DNA of 24,000 nt from Candidatus Thorarchaeota archaeon (GTDB lineage Archaea; Asgardarchaeota; Thorarchaeia; Thorarchaeales; Thorarchaeaceae), in contig SDNP01000003.1 in NCBI GenBank assembly GCA_004524445.1, positions 25,117-49,116 on the forward strand, given 5' to 3'. Positions 14,329 through 23,006 of the stretch are shown here, piece after piece. Within the stretch, counting starts at the first letter, position 1. The number at the start of each line of letters is the position of its first letter. The position numbers and the translations under genes are program-made. The notes beneath the pieces were generated by a model, which was not told the DNA's origin, ran no database searches, and saw nothing but the letters and a program-made list of their open reading frames with translations.

Positions 14329-15678
14329 TTAAGCAGAATCTTTGATTGCCTTTTCTATCTTATCGACAGCGGAATCCAATTCGTCCTCTGTTATGATATA
14401 GCTTGGAGTTAGTCGAAGACAATTCTGCCCGGATCCCAAAATCCAGAGACCCTGTTTCTGAACAGCATTCTTAATGACACGATCGCGGAGCTTCGGTGCC
14501 TTCTCTTTGCTTTTCTTGTCTTTAACGAGTTCTATGCCCACCATGAGCCCCATCCCGCGAACATCGCCGACGACTTCATTATTCTCCTTCACTTCCTCTA
14601 GGCGTTTGAGCAAATATTCTCCTTTCTCGGCATTCTTCTTGAGATAATCGCCATCTTCGATTTGTTTTAGAATCCATAGAGAGAGAAGTGACATTTTCGG
14701 TTCTGCTGAGAAGGTTTCCGAATGACGACTTCCACCGGTGAACATTGGAGCAGGACCTATTGATGCACCCATAGGATATCCGCCGCCGAGGGCTTTCGCC
14801 ATACTGATATAATCGGGAACAACGTCATGGTGTTCAATTGCAAACCATTTTCCGGTTCTGCCCATTCCTGCCTGAACTTCGTCCGAAATGAAATACGCTC
14901 CATGTTCCTTTGTTACATCATACATGCCTTGCACTGCTTTAGGCGGCGGTACAATAAGACCACCTTCTCCACAAAGCGGTTCCATTACAGTTGCGGCAAT
15001 ATCGGTCCCTTCCACTTGAAGTGCATACTGCAGAGCCTCGACACATTCCACATTGCAAGACTCCACTTGTTGGCCATACGGACAGCGGTAACAATAAGGA
15101 TATGATACACGGATTACATCGATGCCTTGTGGATATCCATTCTTATGTTTGTGATTTGAAGCAGTGAGAGCCAAGGCATATCCAGTTCGACCATGGAACG
15201 CAGGCCTGAATCCAACAAATCTCGTCCTACCAGACAAATCCATTGCAGATTTAAGACAACCCTCAACTGCGCGACCCCCAGAAGTTGTAAAGACTACTCT
15301 CTTCTTATGGTCACCAGGTGCAATATCACCTAGACGCTCAGCAAGAAGTGTTTGAGGGATTGCATCAAAATCCATTCCGGGGAGTTCACGAACTACATCA
15401 TTGATACGATTCTCGAATTCAAGATACGGTGGATATCGAAGACCAAGAGCCCTTACTGCCACTCCACCAGTGACATCAAGATACTCTCTACCTTCAATAT
15501 CATAGATTTTTACACCCTCACCGCGGGAATGGTCAAGGCAGCCGTAGACCTCTCGATCCTGCGTCGTAATTGCCAGTGCCTTTGCGGCTCTCTCCTTCCA
15601 ATATTCATTTGACATCTGCTTAGAAGTGATTTCTTCAAATCCTAATTCTTTGATGATTTCAATGTCTTTCTCGTCCAT
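14329..15678 (-). CDS. Class-III PLP-dependent aminotransferase (acetylornithine/ornithine/GABA aminotransferase family)
   Basis: The family signature is FISDEVQAGMGRTGKWFAIEHHDVVPDYISMAKALGGGYPMG, with the PLP-binding Lys in SMAK. Upstream motifs are TTSGGRAVEGCLK and FHGRTGYALALT. ATG 15678 is preceded by AGAGGAT 8 nt upstream. The ORF also extends to ATG 15726. Confidence 0.88.
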   Translation of the reverse strand: MDEKDIEIIKELGFEEITSKQMSNEYWKERAAKALAITTQDREVYGCLDHSRGEGVKIYDIEGREYLDVTGGVAVRALGLRYPPYLEFENRINDVVRELPGMDFDAIPQTLLAERLGDIAPGDHKKRVVFTTSGGRAVEGCLKSAMDLSGRTRFVGFRPAFHGRTGYALALTASNHKHKNGYPQGIDVIRVSYPYCYRCPYGQQVESCNVECVEALQYALQVEGTDIAATVMEPLCGEGGLIVPPPKAVQGMYDVTKEHGAYFISDEVQAGMGRTGKWFAIEHHDVVPDYISMAKALGGGYPMGASIGPAPMFTGGSRHSETFSAEPKMSLLSLWILKQIEDGDYLKKNAEKGEYLLKRLEEVKENNEVVGDVRGMGLMVGIELVKDKKSKEKAPKLRDRVIKNAVQKQGLWILGSGQNCLRLTPSYIITEDELDSAVDKIEKAIKDSA

Positions 15679-15776
15679 CGCCAACAATCCTCTTGAAATG
15701 CTACGCTTAGGCAATCCCATCTTCATTATCTAATTTGCGATTGAGGCCTCATAGGCATGCTGCCCGCTGCAACATG

Positions 15777-16133
15777 TCAAATCAATTTCAATAGAGAACC
15801 CATGATGACCAGAAGCCCTCCCAGTGTTCCACCAAGGAAGTACATCAATAGACCAATCAACAGAAGAGGAATCCATTCCTGACTCTTAGAAATTGGCAAC
15901 TCAATCAATGAACTTGAGATGGCGAGGGTAATAATTGACAGGAATATCAACAGAACCCCTATTCCCAAACTCGTCAGGCTGCCTAAGATATTTCCAAGCT
16001 CAATCGTTGGGAGAAATCGTAGCCACCTGCCAAAATTCATCAGGTAGAGAACCCCATGTAATCCCGTGAGAATGGCACCAAAGATAACCAAAAATCTCGA
16101 CAGTCTATTGGTGTCTTCCAAATTGTCTGACAT
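15777..16133 (-). CDS. Small integral membrane protein, paralog of 13942..14277
   Basis: The 118-aa protein has the same TM layout and shares the motifs LGNI(L/I)G and LGG(L/I)LVI(M/I)G with the 111-aa protein. Confidence 0.65.
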   Translation of the reverse strand: MSDNLEDTNRLSRFLVIFGAILTGLHGVLYLMNFGRWLRFLPTIELGNILGSLTSLGIGVLLIFLSIITLAISSSLIELPISKSQEWIPLLLIGLLMYFLGGTLGGLLVIMGSLLKLI

Positions 16134-16148
16134 GGTACCAGTCCAAGG

Positions 16149-16517
16149 CTACTTCCTGAACATTAAGAGGATTCCAGCCAGAAGGATCATGAATCCAGCA
16201 AGAGTGCCCAGATTAGTTAGCCAAGATATGATGTTTATGTCAAGGCCCCGTACGACAATAACAATCGAAATGAACCCAATTAATGCAAGCACTACCCCTG
16301 ATTTCTCAAACTTGTAATTTATGAAACCACAAGCGTCGAATGCCAATACAACCATTATGATGAGGGCAATTCCCAAAATGACATCGATTAGAGCATCTAT
16401 GTCTCCTGCTGCCGCATTATTCAGACCGCCAAGAACCATTTGCACTGCAAAAATTAGTAACACTACTCCGCCCAACACTGTATATCCTTGAGCGGCTCCT
16501 ACTGCCTTAAGACCCAT
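16149..16517 (-). CDS. Small integral membrane protein (4 predicted TM helices), possibly distantly related to the two neighbours
   Basis: The 122-aa protein is hydrophobic. A GAGGAT Shine-Dalgarno-like motif lies upstream of the ATG. The gene is 15 nt from the downstream membrane-protein gene on the same strand. Confidence 0.6.
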   Translation of the reverse strand: MGLKAVGAAQGYTVLGGVVLLIFAVQMVLGGLNNAAAGDIDALIDVILGIALIIMVVLAFDACGFINYKFEKSGVVLALIGFISIVIVVRGLDINIISWLTNLGTLAGFMILLAGILLMFRK

Positions 16518-16726
16518 TTTTTCTCATCCTCTCTTTCCACCCTCGTCACATGGTGAGAGAAGGGGGGACACTGAAAACAATGATGAATGATTGAGATAAA
16601 AACCCTACTGTGGGCATCTGTTCCGTTATGCATTATATTTGGGATCAAAAGCTAAAACTACACAGGTAATACATAGGATTGTATTTCGACAATATGACCA
16701 CTACGTAGTAGAAATTCCATTCCGGG

Positions 16727-17605
16727 GTGGTCAAGACGCGATATTCCAGTTATGATGATGAACGAAACCATGAGAGACCTGTTAGACTGGATAGAACTGA
16801 AGGAACCGTTGTGATTGAGGGGAGACCCTACCCAGCAAAGGAAGTGGTTGAGGCTCTAGCACAATCAGGATACTCTGATATCCGACATGCTGGAGATGAA
16901 TTAATTCTTGGTCGGAAGAGAATTTCCCCTATCTTCAAGTCACGCCAAGAAAGAGCTATGGCTTCTCTATGTCATGGCAGTCTGGCATATTGCTGTCCTC
17001 TATCAAAGCGATGCATGGAGAGAGACCGCGCTCTAGAAGTATTAGGTTTGACAAAAAGGGATTATGAGGAGTTGAAGGGTAGCTCACACTATCAATTCCT
17101 TGACTCATCTAGGAGTGACAATCTACACGATGGATTATGGAAGAGAACTAGTGATGGGAGAACTGCAAATAGCCCCGCAACGGATAGAGGATATGGTTCG
17201 GAAGATTATAGGAGGGATTTCGATAAGCTTGATCAAGTTTTTCGCCCAGATGACAGTCACGCAAGTGATTCCTGGAGGAAGGAATCGAGACCATCAAGAC
17301 ACAATGAACGTAGTAGGTCGAGTACCGAAGAAAGGTCTGTCAGGTCGGTTTCCAGAATGCATGGAAATGATAGCTTGATGGATGAGATGAGAGACTCCAC
17401 TCGAAACATTGATTCGGGAACATCCTGCTCGATAAACAGTGAGCCAAGTGTGGAGGGGCTTGGCGCGCTATTTTCACAAGGAGAACTCAGCCCATTCAAA
17501 GACAATGCACCAGAAACAACTGAGGAACGTGCCTTTTGCTTTTCCTGTGGAAGGACATTTGAAAAAGGGACAAAGCTATGCCCCTATTGCGGAACCCGCC
17601 AGTGA
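16727..17605 (+). CDS. Hypothetical protein with an internal Cys cluster, a Ser/Arg/Asp-rich disordered centre and a C-terminal zinc ribbon
   Basis: The GTG start is the first possible start after in-frame TAG TAG. The Cys cluster is CHGSLAYCCPLSKRC. The low-complexity middle reads RSRSSTEERSVRSVSR.... The C-terminus is CFSCGRTFEKGTKLCPYCGTRQ (C-x2-C-x10-C-x2-C). No family was recognised. Confidence 0.5.
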   Translation: MVKTRYSSYDDERNHERPVRLDRTEGTVVIEGRPYPAKEVVEALAQSGYSDIRHAGDELILGRKRISPIFKSRQERAMASLCHGSLAYCCPLSKRCMERDRALEVLGLTKRDYEELKGSSHYQFLDSSRSDNLHDGLWKRTSDGRTANSPATDRGYGSEDYRRDFDKLDQVFRPDDSHASDSWRKESRPSRHNERSRSSTEERSVRSVSRMHGNDSLMDEMRDSTRNIDSGTSCSINSEPSVEGLGALFSQGELSPFKDNAPETTEERAFCFSCGRTFEKGTKLCPYCGTRQ

Positions 17606-17621
17606 CTTGCGGTATCCTCTT

Positions 17622-18704
17622 CTAGCCACCAATGGCTTCTTCTCGCCGGTCCGAATAATCATCTGGATAGGCAAATGTGCCAGATATTCGGTCTATAGCC
17701 GCATCCTTGGCCAAATCCTTGAGCTCTCTGACTTCCTCTATTGAATCAATGCCCCAGCGAAATAGTGTTACATCTCCTCCGCGCCTCTTGAATTCATTTG
17801 AGAAATAAAGTGATTCCACTAATTCATCGTATTCTGAACTTTCTTGAGCAGGAAGAATGGGAGACCATGGGTATAGATTGACTAACATGCTACCTGTGAT
17901 GTCAAGTATTCTCCTCCAGTCATAGCCGTACTCATTCTGGGCGTCTTCTGTAAGCCCAGTCATCGGATCCAATAGCATCTCGATGCTCAGTTTCAAGGGT
18001 TTTGTTCTCTCTGTGCTATCACTAATATCACGAGCCGCTGCCTGCAATTGTTCAATACCTTGATGGACTATCCCGCTTCGCCATTCGTGCCATTTTTCGT
18101 GATATTCAGGGTTCTCTGTGAGATATTGATGAGTGAGTCTATCAGGTTCCTGATTTACTAGAGGGGCAAAATCATTCCTGCACTTTTCACAGAAACAAAA
18201 TCGATCTCGAATGAAGCCCGCACCAAAAACAAAGATTTCATCAACTGGATAATGTCCAATTTCCGCTACGATTTCGGACGCATACTGCCAAAATTCTGGA
18301 GAATTGGGACATATTTGATGGTCCATCGCTTTACCTTTATCATTCTTACTTTGATAATTGGGATCTTTTGCGAACAGCCTATCCGTATACAAATCCATTC
18401 CAACTGCTGTATTTATCTCCAATGCGTTGGCAATCTCAACCCATTCCTCAAAGAAGCCCACGTTTTCTTCGTGAACGGGAGCCGTCTTGCTTTGATAATT
18501 GGCGTGACCATCGGAGCCCTTTCCATATATCCCTACGCTCTCCATGTATGATGCATAGGTGGACAAAAATTCCTTTGCAGACGTTTCAATGTCTTCAGGT
18601 TTAAGAAGAATTACCATCTTCTGCATAAACAGTTCGCGGTAGTTGACCTTCATCATTGGGAGCCCCACTGTGGAACATAATACTAGCTCAGAGCTGGGTT
18701 GCAT
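17622..18704 (-). CDS. Hypothetical protein, possibly a glycoside-hydrolase-like TIM-barrel fold
   Basis: CPNSPEFWQYASEIVAEIGHYPVDEIFVFGAGFIRDRFCFCEKCRNDF resembles GH-like (GHL) families that carry C.N/SPE...vDgi..D and CFC..C motifs. This is a weak assignment made from memory. The likely true start is ATG 18656 or 18653 (MMKVNYREL...). Confidence 0.5.
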   Translation of the reverse strand: MQPSSELVLCSTVGLPMMKVNYRELFMQKMVILLKPEDIETSAKEFLSTYASYMESVGIYGKGSDGHANYQSKTAPVHEENVGFFEEWVEIANALEINTAVGMDLYTDRLFAKDPNYQSKNDKGKAMDHQICPNSPEFWQYASEIVAEIGHYPVDEIFVFGAGFIRDRFCFCEKCRNDFAPLVNQEPDRLTHQYLTENPEYHEKWHEWRSGIVHQGIEQLQAAARDISDSTERTKPLKLSIEMLLDPMTGLTEDAQNEYGYDWRRILDITGSMLVNLYPWSPILPAQESSEYDELVESLYFSNEFKRRGGDVTLFRWGIDSIEEVRELKDLAKDAAIDRISGTFAYPDDYSDRREEAIGG

Positions 18705-18767
18705 CTAGTCAAGGGCTCGCTAAAAGGATTTCTTCTTCAAACCCCCTCACGAAAAAACCGCTGTTCA

Positions 18768-21700
18768 CTAGAAGAAATCATCCAATGTTGTGATTCCTAA
18801 GAGGCTATCAAAATCAATTCCCACTGATTCCAGGACCTGCTCGAAGACTGATCTCAATGTATCTATATACTTCTGCTTATCCAACCAGTATTCTCCCTGA
18901 TTTGCGAGCACTACAGGTAGCACCCCGTCCGCATCCTTTGTCTTAATATATTCAATGATAGTCCCACCCTCAACTTCATGCCCAGCGTCTTCCATCATCA
19001 TTGCTGCTCTCACATGTTGTGGCAGGGTAGTACCATATTGAGAGATGGGTTTTGTCATCTGGATACGGAACGCAAGTTCTTCAGGGGAATAGGGTTCAGC
19101 TTTCCCCTCAAGTCTATCGATTACGCAGTTCACGATTTCGCGGATTTCATCCTTAGCTACTTCAAATCCTTCAGGGCTGTCCACATGAGCTAAGACTTCG
19201 AGCATTTCCCGGAATGCTTCTTGAATGAATTCGGGCGTGTTCCTCTTTTTGCCACTGAGCCCCTTTACCTCAACATAACCAGAATCATAGACCCCAATGT
19301 AGTTCTTTTTGCGATCTGAGAGAGCAACATACTTGTATGTCTTCTCCACTTCCAGGTCTATCTCCAGTTCTTGTCGTGACCATTCAATGAGCTGTCGTTG
19401 TTGTTCTTCTGTTGGACTATCAAGGAAAACTGAGTCAGTGTCCCCATACAATACTCGCACGCCCATGGACTCGGCCTTCTCTTTGGTGCGAATAATTGCG
19501 TCTCGGCCATAGGCAGTAACGCTCTCGGCAGCGGGCATACAGAACAGCTCGAAGTGTTGGGCCCCTGTCACACCATAGCTATTGTGAACTACAATTCCGT
19601 TGGTCGATACAAACAACCCATTCCCAGTTTCCAAGTCGTAGGTTTGTTCAGAATGGTCACTCTTTTGTATCGAGCGAATCCTTACTGCATGTGTGCCATT
19701 AAAATCAGTCAATCCTCGGCCCGTTCGCCGATACTTTAGCCCTTTGCTTTCCACAATACGATACATTGATTCTTCGCGATGAACAGATGCATGTTTCCCA
19801 AGTGCGGCTAACAGGTAAAGAATGTCATAAGCTAGTTCTTTGCTCGATGTCGAATATCGCCTAGCACCGCGAGTATTGATATTCCCATCGCCCTTGAAGA
19901 ACGAATCTAGAACAATGCCTGCTCTCTCCTTATCAAGGAGGTGAATTGGGATAGATTTGTTCCGGGACCTGTTACCACAGAGGGATTCCATGACTGCTGC
20001 AAGTATTTTCGAGTGAATGACATGGTCCTTCTCCGAATATATCGCAAAGGGCAGTTCCATCCGTTGTAAGAGGGTTCCGATCTGCTTGAAATAAGTAGGA
20101 TTGACTTCCTGATACTGTGAAATCGACACCCGATTAACGCCCACATGTCCTTCAGAAAGATACCAGCCCATAAATGCGAAGAAATCTTCATCAAGCTTAA
20201 TTCTGATGTTTTCCCATTTGCCGGCCTCACGCCATCTACCACTGCTTTCAATCAGTTTTAGGTAGAAAGGTGGTGCACCTGATTCGTGTTCTCTAATCAT
20301 ATTCTTGGCTTCTGCGGATAGGTCATTCCATCGTGCGCGATACCACCTGCTAGCCTTTGAATATCTGAATTCTTCGTTAATTAGTGAAATCAGAGGGTTC
20401 TCTGTTCGTTGGGAACGTCGATACGAGAACTTTGTGTAGTCTTTTCTTCTTATTCCGACATGAATGGATTCCTCAGGGATGACGTCCGGAATGAATAATG
20501 TTTCAGGAGGTCTTGGTGAAAGCGGAGTCTGCTCCAGCATGAGGAGATTATCGTCTATCCGGAGATCTTCGGCCGCAACATACCGGATTGAGAGAGGCTT
20601 CTTGGCAATTGCCTTTCGGTTCTTCCGTGTGTTTTTGGGAAGGAGTTTCGGCAAGACATGGTTGACCGTGCATCGGATAGTGCGTCCGTCTCGGAGGCAG
20701 ATGTTGAGAATTGATGCGGGTCCATTCTTCCGAAATCCGACAATAGGAACGAATACTGGTTTTCCAAAGGATGAAGATTCCCATTCATTATCAATGCTTA
20801 GAATCTCAAGATTGCGCCATTCATCTTCTAAGCTGCCAATAGGTTTCTTCGATACAAGACCTTGGGAATCCCGGACCACTACTTCTTCGTTGAAAGGAAG
20901 ACAGGCATTAACGAACACCTTAAGCGCTTTCTCGACAACTGAGTACCAGTTTCGTAACCCTTGATTTAGATTTGTGTCCTTGCTCTTTCCCTTAAACCAT
21001 TTGACTCGGGTATCTCGAAAGAAGCCGATAGTCTGACTAATCATGCCGACATTCTTCTTGCATGTCCAATGATCTGTTTCAGGCACTCGATTGTCCTCTG
21101 CCTTCTCACAGGATTCATGGGGACAATCAACTGTTTCATAACTGATATTGTGTGTCTTCATTATTGTGGGATAGAGACTGGCAAAGTCAAGAACTGTGGC
21201 TCCAAAATGCACTCCCGCCACTGGCTCAATAACAATAGCACCTTTGAATGCCTTGTCCTTTATCATGGCCTCAGTGTGAGCATCACTCGATTTCAGTTCT
21301 CGAATCTCGCGTTGTTTCGGAATCAAGGCATTTCGTGAACGATGCTCCTGCCGAAAGAGCGATTGAATCCATGTTGATATTCCAAAGCGAGTCACATCTT
21401 CCATTGATAAGCGGGAAATTCGCATTAGAAGAACGATGAGCCGTAGCAGTAGATTTTCATTGTATTGAGTGACTCTCAGCGTTATATTGGAGTCTAGCCA
21501 GCAGTAGTGAGCTAGTTCATAATATCCAAGTCTAGAAATCTCGTCGCTTAGCTCAAGTTTGCCTACATTAAGAAGACCTTGCCCGATGGATTCGAGATTG
21601 TTTCGCTCATATGCTCCTGAAAGCGCATACAATCGAACTGAGGGGTTCTTGAGGAACCTGTAGAGGTCAATGTGGATACCACCGTCAAGCAGTGCGATGT

Positions 21701-22907
21701 CCCTGCCTAATCGTATTGGACAATATTTGTCAACATCGATGCCCAGACGTTCTGCACGATTATAAAGATAGGTCAGATCGAAAGCATCTCCGACGAACGT
21801 CAAGACAATCGGATATTTGTCCAGCATTCTGAATGTTTGCATGAGCATTTCTCGTTCGTCTTCGTAAAAGACAACATTCAGTTCTTCAGGAAACTCTTCA
21901 TGCTTTTCGCCTTCTTCCAAGTCAGCCCTCTTTAAAACAAAGCACTTGTTCATTCCTTGATTATCGGAGAGTCCTACCGCTGTGACTGCCTGCGGAGCCC
22001 GATTGGCATCGGGAATTCTATTGCTCTTCTCTGAATAAACTTCTATGTCAACTGCAATTCGTTTGATATCAGGTACTTCCGTGAAGAACATAGGTGCGTA
22101 ATTGTCTATCACACCTCCAAAGTATTCAACATCACCAATTGTTTTCTTGAACTCGTCTAAAGTTTCTTGGTCCAGTTGGGGAGGGCAGGGAACAAGATCT
22201 CCATTTACAATCTTGTATCGCATCCCGCATACGAGTTCGCGGTCATAACAGAAGTTGTTATGGTAACGGATATTGGCTTCCCACGCATGACTTATGGTTT
22301 CACCCGTTGGCCCAGATCTCGTTGTTAAAAGCTCACGAATTGCGCCAGCAGTCCCGCCAATACTCAATGGATCAGTGGCATAAATTTTAGTCATCTCGCG
22401 TGTTTCATCTCGTAGAAGGTCCTGTACTGTTTCAGATTCTAATGAGACAAAGCCACGATGATGCCGGACCTTCTTTTCAGCAGTTTGTGGAGGAAGGTCA
22501 GTAAGGCAATAAGGTAGATGGCCTGTATTATCATGCCAGAAGTAGATTCTCTCAGTTTCTGGATTGTACAGCCGCGCTATAGCTTTCTTCTGAGAGCCAT
22601 CATAGTCCACAGATAATAGGTAGGAGGGGTCCAGATTTTCTGGTTCTTCTCTTAGTCCAGCAATATAATCATTAGCAATGCTTTCGTCATCTTCGAAAGT
22701 CATGCTTTCCGGGTTAATTATTATTGCAGAATTCTCACGGGAAGGGTCTTCTTTTTCCGTTGTTCTCTGTTTTACTGGCTCAGCTTCCTCAGAGGGCGAT
22801 TTCGAGCCTGTTTTCCCGTCCTCTTTTGCCTCAGTTTCAATTAACATGAAGTCCTCTAAAGAAGACTGATTGCTTTCGTCATCATGTTCGCGATTCAACC
22901 GGGGCAC
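18768..22907 (-). CDS. polB: Family-B DNA polymerase (PolB), interrupted by one in-frame intein
   Basis: Exo I is VDIEVYS. Exo II is FVGDAFDLTYLYNRA. Exo III is YCWLDSNITL. Motif A is VLDFASLYPTIM. Motif B is KVFVNA/SYGVTG, split by the intein. Motif C is VLYGDTDSVF. The extein is 938 aa if the GTG 22907 start is used. Alternative starts are ATG 22847 and ATG 22703. Confidence 0.93.
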   Translation of the reverse strand: MPRLNREHDDESNQSSLEDFMLIETEAKEDGKTGSKSPSEEAEPVKQRTTEKEDPSRENSAIIINPESMTFEDDESIANDYIAGLREEPENLDPSYLLSVDYDGSQKKAIARLYNPETERIYFWHDNTGHLPYCLTDLPPQTAEKKVRHHRGFVSLESETVQDLLRDETREMTKIYATDPLSIGGTAGAIRELLTTRSGPTGETISHAWEANIRYHNNFCYDRELVCGMRYKIVNGDLVPCPPQLDQETLDEFKKTIGDVEYFGGVIDNYAPMFFTEVPDIKRIAVDIEVYSEKSNRIPDANRAPQAVTAVGLSDNQGMNKCFVLKRADLEEGEKHEEFPEELNVVFYEDEREMLMQTFRMLDKYPIVLTFVGDAFDLTYLYNRAERLGIDVDKYCPIRLGRDIALLDGGIHIDLYRFLKNPSVRLYALSGAYERNNLESIGQGLLNVGKLELSDEISRLGYYELAHYCWLDSNITLRVTQYNENLLLRLIVLLMRISRLSMEDVTRFGISTWIQSLFRQEHRSRNALIPKQREIRELKSSDAHTEAMIKDKAFKGAIVIEPVAGVHFGATVLDFASLYPTIMKTHNISYETVDCPHESCEKAEDNRVPETDHWTCKKNVGMISQTIGFFRDTRVKWFKGKSKDTNLNQGLRNWYSVVEKALKVFVNACLPFNEEVVVRDSQGLVSKKPIGSLEDEWRNLEILSIDNEWESSSFGKPVFVPIVGFRKNGPASILNICLRDGRTIRCTVNHVLPKLLPKNTRKNRKAIAKKPLSIRYVAAEDLRIDDNLLMLEQTPLSPRPPETLFIPDVIPEESIHVGIRRKDYTKFSYRRSQRTENPLISLINEEFRYSKASRWYRARWNDLSAEAKNMIREHESGAPPFYLKLIESSGRWREAGKWENIRIKLDEDFFAFMGWYLSEGHVGVNRVSISQYQEVNPTYFKQIGTLLQRMELPFAIYSEKDHVIHSKILAAVMESLCGNRSRNKSIPIHLLDKERAGIVLDSFFKGDGNINTRGARRYSTSSKELAYDILYLLAALGKHASVHREESMYRIVESKGLKYRRTGRGLTDFNGTHAVRIRSIQKSDHSEQTYDLETGNGLFVSTNGIVVHNSYGVTGAQHFELFCMPAAESVTAYGRDAIIRTKEKAESMGVRVLYGDTDSVFLDSPTEEQQRQLIEWSRQELEIDLEVEKTYKYVALSDRKKNYIGVYDSGYVEVKGLSGKKRNTPEFIQEAFREMLEVLAHVDSPEGFEVAKDEIREIVNCVIDRLEGKAEPYSPEELAFRIQMTKPISQYGTTLPQHVRAAMMMEDAGHEVEGGTIIEYIKTKDADGVLPVVLANQGEYWLDKQKYIDTLRSVFEQVLESVGIDFDSLLGITTLDDFF
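19581..20903 (-). mobile_element. Intein (441 aa) with a LAGLIDADG homing-endonuclease domain, inserted in PolB motif B
   Basis: The intein begins CLPFNEEVVVRD (Cys1, codon 20903-20901). Block B is CTVNHVL. The LAGLIDADG motifs are FFAFMGWYLSEGHV and IVLDSFFKGDGNI. It ends IVVHN followed by Ser+1 (Asn codon 19583-19581). The insertion is in frame. Removing it restores K-x3-N-A-S-Y-G. Confidence 0.9.
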
Positions 22908-23006
22908 TCATTTATTCATGCATGGTAGAGTATTGATAAGCACTTCCTATTGGCATGAGAAACTCGCAACGCGTATCTTCATTAAGCAGGTTTTCATTTC
23001 TCAGGT

